Positions 57,634 to 64,000 of a stretch of 64,000 nt of DNA are shown one piece after another. The stretch comes from a virus (taxonomy: Duplodnaviria > Caudoviricetes): positions 1 through 64,000 of IMG/VR virus record IMGVR_UViG_2738541308_000001, one strand, 5' to 3'. The translations under genes and the position numbers were made by a program. The notes beneath the pieces were generated by a model. It worked only from the letters and a program-made list of their open reading frames with translations, was not told where the DNA came from and did not search any database. Each line of letters begins with the position of its first letter. Position 1 is the first letter of the stretch.

Positions 57634-59179
57634 GAAGTCCACCGAATGGCCGCCGAAACCTTTCGACCGCGCGCAGAAAGAAATGCGCACCTGGAATGCG
57701 TGGTACACCGGCAACGTCGAGGTGCTAGAAGAAATCTACCGGGAAAATAACCGGCAGCGCCCATCTCAGTACGCCGGGGGAGTCGTCGGGAAGTTGGCTC
57801 GATTCTTCTGGGGTCGGCCAAATCCCCAGCAGTCGCACCGACTTCACGTACCCGCAGCGTCCGACCTCGCCCGAGCTTCGGCGGACCTGTTGTTCGCGCA
57901 GCCACCGATGTTCGTGGTCGGAGAGGACGATGCGCGTGGTGATCATCAGGCAACGCAGGACCGTCTGCAGAAGCTCTTCGGTGAAGACGATGCCGCAGCG
58001 ACACTGGCGGAGTCCGCTGAAGTGGCGTCCGCGTTGGGTGGCACGTACCTGCGCTGGTGGTGGGACAAGGAAGTCGCTGACAAGGTCAAGCTCGGGGCAG
58101 TCGCCGCTGACGCAGCGGTCCCGACATGGAAGTACGACCAACTGGCAGGGGTGACGTTTTGGACCGTCGTGAACGACGACAACGACACGGTCTACCGACA
58201 CCTCGAGCGGCATGAGCCGGGGCGAATCCTGCACGGCCTCTACGAAGGTGACCGGGGCCGTCTGGGCAGAGCCGTTCCACTGACCGAGCACTCGTCGACG
58301 TCATGGGCAGCTGACCTAGTCGACAGTGAAGGTGCCATCGAAACTGGCATCGACGCGCTGACGGCAACGTACATCCCGAATGTGCGTCCCAACCGGAAGT
58401 GGCGACCGATCCACGGGCTCTCCCCGCTCGGCCGGTCCGATTTCGACGGGTTGGAGCCGCTCTTCGACGCGCTCGACGAGTCTTACAGCTCGTGGATGCG
58501 TGACATCGACCTCGGTAAGGCGCGGCTGTTCGTCGACGAATCGATGCTCAAGCCACTCGGTCCCGGTAAGGGATCAGCCTGGGACGGTGAGCAATCGATC
58601 TTCACGCCGATGGCATCCGGGCTCGGTTCGATGCAGAACGGCAACGCGCCAGTTCAGGCGAACCAATTCACGATCCGGTGGCAGGAACACGCCAACACGT
58701 GCGCGGAACTTCTGAATGCGATCCTGCGAGGCGCTGGCCTGTCGGCGGGATCGTTCTCGGACAATTCCCTCACAGCCTCTACCGGTGCCGCGACGGCAAC
58801 TGAGGTCAACTCCCGTGACCGTTTGTCGGAACGTACTCGGGACAAGAAGATCAACTACTACAAGGCCGGTCTTCGCCCGTTCGCGCGGGCAGGGTTCGAA
58901 CTCGACAACATCCAATTCGGAACAGGTCTCGAGCTGAAGGACATGCCGGAGATCCGGTTTCCGATTCGGCCGCAGCAAAGCCCGGTCGAGTTGGCCCAGA
59001 CGCTCGGAACATTGTCGGCGGCCAATGGCGTCTCGGTCGAACAGATGGTTCGCCAACAGCACCCGAACTGGTCGAGTGACGACGTCAACGACGAGGTCGA
59101 CCGGATCTGGAAGGACGTCGAGCGCAAGGCGAAGCTGGCGTACGTCGCCGAACCCGACGTTCCGGACAGCGAGTACTGA
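57620..59179 (+). CDS. Portal protein
   Basis: Position after TerL; GRSDF...DALDESYSSW; TATEV. Confidence 0.9.
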   Translation: MPLPEKSTEWPPKPFDRAQKEMRTWNAWYTGNVEVLEEIYRENNRQRPSQYAGGVVGKLARFFWGRPNPQQSHRLHVPAASDLARASADLLFAQPPMFVVGEDDARGDHQATQDRLQKLFGEDDAAATLAESAEVASALGGTYLRWWWDKEVADKVKLGAVAADAAVPTWKYDQLAGVTFWTVVNDDNDTVYRHLERHEPGRILHGLYEGDRGRLGRAVPLTEHSSTSWAADLVDSEGAIETGIDALTATYIPNVRPNRKWRPIHGLSPLGRSDFDGLEPLFDALDESYSSWMRDIDLGKARLFVDESMLKPLGPGKGSAWDGEQSIFTPMASGLGSMQNGNAPVQANQFTIRWQEHANTCAELLNAILRGAGLSAGSFSDNSLTASTGAATATEVNSRDRLSERTRDKKINYYKAGLRPFARAGFELDNIQFGTGLELKDMPEIRFPIRPQQSPVELAQTLGTLSAANGVSVEQMVRQQHPNWSSDDVNDEVDRIWKDVERKAKLAYVAEPDVPDSEY

Positions 59180-59198
59180 TCTTCGGGGGTGACGGCTG

Positions 59199-61034
59199 AT
59201 GTCGTTAGGCCCCGAGCAGATCGAAGCTCTCATCCGGGCGTCGTCGGCGGTGTACGCCTCAGCCGAGCAAGTGCTGATCGGCCGTGTCGCCGCGGCCGTA
59301 GCCGAGGATGCCCGCCAACCGCGGTCCGGCGTGCGTCGGTGGAGCCGCATGAACGAATTCCGCAGCGCGGCGCGGGAGTTGATGGCCGGTACCTACGTCC
59401 GTGGACGAAGAGAGGCGATGCGGGCTCTGGCCGAGTCCGCGGATCGAGGCCGGCGTGCGGCGATGAAAGAGCTCCCGTCGGTATGGCTTCGGGAGTCAGC
59501 ACCACACGTGCCACGCACATCAGCCGCAACGCTGGTTCGCGCACCTGCGGGGTTGTTGCCGTCGTTGTCGCGGATGCATCCGCACATCCTGGCCTCAACC
59601 GAAGGCCTCTACCGGCAGGTCATGGCAGGAGTCCTATCCTCCCGGATCCAGGGGGAAGCCGGTCGGGTGGCGCTCGCGCAGCAGATGCTCGACCGGTTCG
59701 CAGCACGCGGAATCACCGGCTTCGTCGATCGGCGCGGTCGCAGGATCAACCTGGTCAACTACGTCGAAATGGCAACCCGCACAGCATGTGCGCGGGCTGC
59801 GATGGATACGCACACGGCACTGCTGTCGGAGAATGGCTACGACCTGGTGCGTGTAAGCACCGTGGCGAATTGCTCACCACAATGCGCACCGTTCCAGGGT
59901 CGGCTCCTGTCCCTGACTGGCGCCACACGCGGTGCGATCCACGCCGGCCGATCAGTCCCGGTGGTGGCGTCATTATCCGAGGCACGCGCACGCGGACTGC
60001 ACCACCCGGGCTGCCGCCACGGTTTGCGACTGTGGGTGCCCGGCGACGATCTCCCGAACGTGACACCGGTTGATCCCGCTGGATACGTGGCCACGCAACA
60101 GTTGCGAGCCCTCGAACGAGAGGTGCGGGCCAGCAAGCGGATGCGCGCGGCAGCGATCACCCCCGCTGCAATAGCAACGGCGAACACTCGCGTGCGCGCA
60201 GCACAGAAGCAAATCCGAGAACTGGTCGACGAGACCGGCGTGCCACGCTTGCGGCGCCGAGAACAGATCGACCTCGGATACCGCACACGGCTCGAGCGCC
60301 CGGCGATGGTGACGGGCAACCCAGGTCCACCAGCTCCTGACTCGCCTCGCTCCCATGGCGGCGACGGATACCAACGCCAACTGCAACGGCTCACCGACAT
60401 CGACGTCGCGGCGACCGGATTCGAGGTCGCAGACCTGGACACATTCGGAGAACTGGTGGACGCGGTCGTCGACATGCATTACAGGTATCCGTGGGCGCGG
60501 GCGCCCCGCTTGCGAACACGAGACCTCCCCGAGCGGCACCTGGCGAACGCGGGCGGCAATCCGGATCCCGACAACCCCGGAGGATGGATCGTCGGCAGGC
60601 TCTCGGTTTCGGAGACAGTGCTCCGCGACCGGTCAGCCCTGCTGGCTTCACTCGAACAGGACGAGCAAGGCGGTTTCCACCCACGCAACTCAGCCCGCAG
60701 AGGGATGTGGTCGGTCATCGTCCACGAATTCGGGCACGTCATCGACCACCTCGGCAATCACACGGCGCGCCGGAAAGTACTTCGGACGGTCACAGAGGTC
60801 ATGTCACGGCATCCTGAGGTGGTGAAAGGCGACAACGACACTCAAACCCGATGGCTGCAGAGTCAGATGTCGGGGTACTCGTTCCGCCACGACAACTCCA
60901 TGATCGTCGATCCGGTCGAAGTTCTCGGCGAAGCGTTCCTCGACGTCGAACTCAACGGCGACGACGCAACGGAAGTCTCGCGCGCACTGCACGAGATGCT
61001 GCTCGCACAGGTTCCGGAGGCTAGAAAGCAATGA
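59199..61034 (+). CDS. Minor capsid (MuF) protein with C-terminal HExxH metallopeptidase extension
   Basis: YVEMATRT, CAPFQG, GLHHPGCRH, then VHEFGH. Confidence 0.85.
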   Translation: MSLGPEQIEALIRASSAVYASAEQVLIGRVAAAVAEDARQPRSGVRRWSRMNEFRSAARELMAGTYVRGRREAMRALAESADRGRRAAMKELPSVWLRESAPHVPRTSAATLVRAPAGLLPSLSRMHPHILASTEGLYRQVMAGVLSSRIQGEAGRVALAQQMLDRFAARGITGFVDRRGRRINLVNYVEMATRTACARAAMDTHTALLSENGYDLVRVSTVANCSPQCAPFQGRLLSLTGATRGAIHAGRSVPVVASLSEARARGLHHPGCRHGLRLWVPGDDLPNVTPVDPAGYVATQQLRALEREVRASKRMRAAAITPAAIATANTRVRAAQKQIRELVDETGVPRLRRREQIDLGYRTRLERPAMVTGNPGPPAPDSPRSHGGDGYQRQLQRLTDIDVAATGFEVADLDTFGELVDAVVDMHYRYPWARAPRLRTRDLPERHLANAGGNPDPDNPGGWIVGRLSVSETVLRDRSALLASLEQDEQGGFHPRNSARRGMWSVIVHEFGHVIDHLGNHTARRKVLRTVTEVMSRHPEVVKGDNDTQTRWLQSQMSGYSFRHDNSMIVDPVEVLGEAFLDVELNGDDATEVSRALHEMLLAQVPEARKQ

Positions 61035-61255
61035 GAACCAACGGCACTCCGACCGGCTACTCCGAATGGCGAACACTATTCGAGTACGACATCAACCTCG
61101 CGATCGATGAGGGAGAAGTCAACTCTTGCAGCCCGTTCGGGCCATGGCACGACGACGCACTCGCAGCCATCATCACCGCCACACCGTCCGACAGACCTGC
61201 CGCGATCGCCGCGGCCTGGACGCAGTTCCACGCCGAACACCCCCAAGGCATCTAA
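61031..61255 (+). CDS. Small protein, candidate immunity partner
   Basis: ATGA-coupled to the MuF-peptidase gene. Confidence 0.55.
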   Translation: MRTNGTPTGYSEWRTLFEYDINLAIDEGEVNSCSPFGPWHDDALAAIITATPSDRPAAIAAAWTQFHAEHPQGI

Positions 61256-61270
61256 CCCAACCGAACAGCC

Positions 61271-61308
61271 GACAAGCCCGCACACCACACCGGTGTAGCG
61301 GGCTTGTC
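61271..61308. terminator. Hairpin upstream of the tRNA
   Basis: gacaagcccgc/gcgggcttgtc 11-bp stem. Confidence 0.5.
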
Positions 61309-61316
61309 GCCGTTCA

Positions 61317-61388
61317 TGGTGCGTAGCTCACCCGGAGAGCAACCGGTTCCTGACCGGCGAGTCGCAGGTTCGACCCCTGCCGCATCAA
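61317..61388 (+). tRNA. tRNA-Arg(CCT)-like gene, slightly degenerate
   Basis: Acceptor tggtgcg/cgcatca, D arm gctc/gagc, anticodon loop ttCCTga, T arm gcagg-ttcgacc-cctgc; no encoded CCA. Confidence 0.7.
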
Positions 61389-61534
61389 CGTCCCCCGTAC
61401 CTGCCCTGGCGGCAGAACCGGGACCTTCAAGCCTCTGACCTGGCGTCGGGGCTCCTTTCACATTTCCCGCGGTACCGACCTGGCGTCGTGCCGTCTGCCT
61501 ACCCGCCGCCCGGCGCGGCAAGAAGGGCCACCTC

Positions 61535-62296
61535 ATGTCCGACAGCACCAGCACAGTCGTCGAAACCGACAGCCCCGCAGGTGATCCCACCGACAACGAC
61601 ACCACCGTCGAGGAGACCACCACCACCGAACCCACCACGGGTAACGAAGGCGGCGCAACGACCACCGACGACGACGATCCCGTCATCAAGGTTTCCGAGG
61701 CGCGCAAACTCCGCCGCGAAAACCAGCAGCTCCGACAGGCGAACCAGGAAGCGATCGCCAAGGCCGCCGAAGAAGCCGCCGACAAGGCACGCGAAGAAGC
61801 CCGCGCAGCAGCCGAACAGCAGCAGCGGGAGTTCACCGAACGACTCGGCAAGGAACTCGGAATTCTCCCCGCAGAGGACAAGACCGAAGTCGACCCCGCC
61901 GAGGTAGTTGCCCAGGCGAAGGCCAAGGCAGACGACGCCGAAGCACGCGCGACAGCGCAGACCAAGGCAGCCGCCGAAGCCCGACGCGACCTCGCCCTCT
62001 ACCGCGCTGCAGACGACACCGACGCCGATGCTGTCGCACTGCTCGACTCCCTCACGTTCCGAACCACCATCGCTGCGATCGACCCGGACGCAACGGATCT
62101 CGAGGACCAGCTGAAGACCGCGATCGAGAACGCGATCGCCGAGCACCCACGCCTGCGCAAGCCGAAGAAGGACGGCCCCGCACGTTCGGGTGCCGACCTC
62201 TCCGCCGGCAACGGCGACCCCACCGCCGGTGAGCCCAAGGCCACCGACATCGATTCCCTCCGAGTTTCGCGCCGCAAGCGGCGCGATGCCCGCTGA
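61535..62296 (+). CDS. Scaffolding protein
   Basis: Acidic/Thr-rich N-terminus, coiled coil LRRENQQLR, upstream of MCP. Confidence 0.85.
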   Translation: MSDSTSTVVETDSPAGDPTDNDTTVEETTTTEPTTGNEGGATTTDDDDPVIKVSEARKLRRENQQLRQANQEAIAKAAEEAADKAREEARAAAEQQQREFTERLGKELGILPAEDKTEVDPAEVVAQAKAKADDAEARATAQTKAAAEARRDLALYRAADDTDADAVALLDSLTFRTTIAAIDPDATDLEDQLKTAIENAIAEHPRLRKPKKDGPARSGADLSAGNGDPTAGEPKATDIDSLRVSRRKRRDAR

Positions 62297-62315
62297 CCCG
62301 TAAGGAGCCCACACC

Positions 62316-63239
62316 GTGGCAAACAACTTCCTCACCCCCGACGTCATCGCACGCCAGGCCCTCGCGACGCTCTACGAATCGCTGGTCATGGTGCCACTCG
62401 TGCACACCGACCACTCTCGCGAGTTCACCGCGCAGAAGGTCGGCAACACGGTCAACGTCCGCAAGCCCGCTGTCTTCGAGGCCAAGGATTTCAACCGAGC
62501 AACCGGCATCGAGATCCAGTCCGCCACCGAAGGCCAGATCCCGGTGGTCCTCGATCGCATCGCAGACGTCTCGTTCGAGGTGACCTCGGAAGAGCTCACG
62601 CTCGATATCGAGGACTTCGATGAGCAGCTTCTCACCCCGGCCATGGAGGCGATTGCGCAGAAGATCGACCGCGCCATCCTTTCCCTGCGGGACGACGTAA
62701 CCCAGGAAGCCGGTCTGCCTGCGCAGGCAGGATTCGAGTGGAACAAGCCCGAGGCGCTGATCGAGGTTGGGCGCGTCCTCGACATCAACAAGCTCCCGGA
62801 GACGCTGCGGCACGCAGTCATCGGCCCCACGACCAAGGCCCAGTGGCTCAACTCCGACATCATCAAGCACGCTGACAAGTCGGGCAGCACCGAGGCACTG
62901 CGCCGCGGCTCTCTCGGCCGCGACGTGTTCGGCTTCGACGTCTACCAGACGCAGAACGTCGGTCAGCCGAAGGCTCCCGGCGCGCAGGCAGCCGGCGACC
63001 CCACGACCGAGGTCGGCGTCGGATTCCACCCGACCGCGTTCGCCTTCGTCAGCGCACCTCTGGAGATTGCACCCGGCAGCAACGCCGAGGTCGCAACCTA
63101 CAAGGGCATCAGCATCCGCATCGCTTCGGACTACGACATCAACAAGAAGGTGTCGGTCATCTCGCTCGACACGCTGTACGGCGTGAAGACGATCGACAAG
63201 AACCGTGCGGTGCTGATCAAGGGCGCCGACAAGGCCTGA
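62316..63239 (+). CDS. Major capsid protein (P22 coat-like)
   Basis: ANNFLTPDVIARQAL, GNTVNVRKP, LDTLYGVK. Confidence 0.92.
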   Translation: MANNFLTPDVIARQALATLYESLVMVPLVHTDHSREFTAQKVGNTVNVRKPAVFEAKDFNRATGIEIQSATEGQIPVVLDRIADVSFEVTSEELTLDIEDFDEQLLTPAMEAIAQKIDRAILSLRDDVTQEAGLPAQAGFEWNKPEALIEVGRVLDINKLPETLRHAVIGPTTKAQWLNSDIIKHADKSGSTEALRRGSLGRDVFGFDVYQTQNVGQPKAPGAQAAGDPTTEVGVGFHPTAFAFVSAPLEIAPGSNAEVATYKGISIRIASDYDINKKVSVISLDTLYGVKTIDKNRAVLIKGADKA

Positions 63240-63244
63240 GCCTG

Positions 63245-63715
63245 ATGCCCACCTTCCGTAATTGCAACAGCGGCCAGGTTGTGCAGGTAGACGACGATCC
63301 GTCGCACCTGTCCGACCTGGCCCGCTGGGAACGCATCGAGGAGGGGCTCAGCGCCCCAGCCGAATTGACGCACACCCCGTCGAGTGATGTCACTTCGGAA
63401 GTCGGCGGTCACACCGTCGAACCGACAACCAACGATGGCCTCGAATCGGCCGAAGCGGCCATCGAATCGGCCGAAGCGAAGGTCGCCGACGCGACCGTCG
63501 CAGCCGAGGACGCACAGACGGCACTCGAGGAAGCCCACGAGGACGCCACCGCACAGGTCCAGGAACTCAGCGGCGAACTCGCGGGCACACTCCCGGCAGC
63601 CGACGCAGAACGATCCGACTGGGTTGCCTACGCCCTCGCGCACGGCAAGACCGAGGACGACGTCAAGGGCGTGTCGACCAAGAAGATCGCGGCTTGGTTC
63701 CTGCCGGCCAAGTGA
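63245..63715 (+). CDS. Head-associated hypothetical protein
   Basis: Follows MCP; DWVAYA C-terminal motif. Confidence 0.6.
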   Translation: MPTFRNCNSGQVVQVDDDPSHLSDLARWERIEEGLSAPAELTHTPSSDVTSEVGGHTVEPTTNDGLESAEAAIESAEAKVADATVAAEDAQTALEEAHEDATAQVQELSGELAGTLPAADAERSDWVAYALAHGKTEDDVKGVSTKKIAAWFLPAK

Positions 63716-63732
63716 TCGAAAGGCGGTGACCG

Positions 63733-64000
63733 ATGGGCATTCTGGTTCACGCAACGCCTGACGATCTCGTCGACGGGGACTGGTTCGAGTCAGTCCCCGT
63801 CGGGGCGGCGTCGCTACTGCGGTCTGCGAGCATCCTGGTCAGCAAAGCGACCAGGCATGACCGATACGACACAACACCGGCAGGAGCGCCGTCCGACCCG
63901 ACGGTTGCCGAAGCGTTCCGCGATGCGACGTGCCTGCAGGTCACCGAGTGGAGCGCGGCGAAGGTGGATCCGAACAAAGGTGCCTTCGGGCAAGACCTTC
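63733..64000 (+). CDS. Head-to-tail adaptor (partial, runs off the window)
   Basis: HATPDDL...LLRSAS.LV..AT...AFRDATCLQV..W. Confidence 0.7.
   Translation, partial: MGILVHATPDDLVDGDWFESVPVGAASLLRSASILVSKATRHDRYDTTPAGAPSDPTVAEAFRDATCLQVTEWSAAKVDPNKGAFGQDL

Larger units (their letters stand above)
1..64000. mobile_element. Temperate actinobacterial prophage (partial: integrase to head genes)
   Basis: Integrase-repressor-cro at the left end, RecET, replication genes, terminase/portal/capsid at the right end; dense overlapping ORFs. Confidence 0.96.

Overview
The window is the left ~64 kb of a large temperate actinobacterial prophage. The high GC, CG-rich codon usage and GSLGS-tailed secreted proteins suggest a Rhodococcus/Gordonia-like host (inference). 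Gene order: tyrosine integrase, repressor and Cro; recombination (YqaJ/RecT/DnaQ); DNA metabolism (DUF5131 radical SAM, C5 methyltransferase); replication (initiator with iterons, loader, DnaB); moron and defence genes (RosmerTA-like pair, secreted paralogues, PIN); two divergent promoter regions flanked by small genes; a long rightward accessory operon; then the head module (terminases, portal, MuF-peptidase, scaffold, capsid). No tail genes, lysis cassette or att site are visible. The most striking non-coding signals are: (1) a tandem array of five Y-RNA-like genes (three permuted-tRNA YrlA type, two minimal) directly upstream of a Ro60/TROVE gene; (2) two stretches of 0.4-0.5 kb with no CpG at all, each over a divergent promoter region with a shared 18-bp operator, one leading into a PP-loop enzyme cluster next to the terminases; (3) small genes each enclosed by long inverted repeats, two of which pair through G-U wobbles in the mRNA; (4) a dispersed TRTCTA-N9-TAGAYA operator; (5) two mosaic proteins built on shared linker repeats. 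Protein family calls come from recognising motifs by eye, not from database searches.
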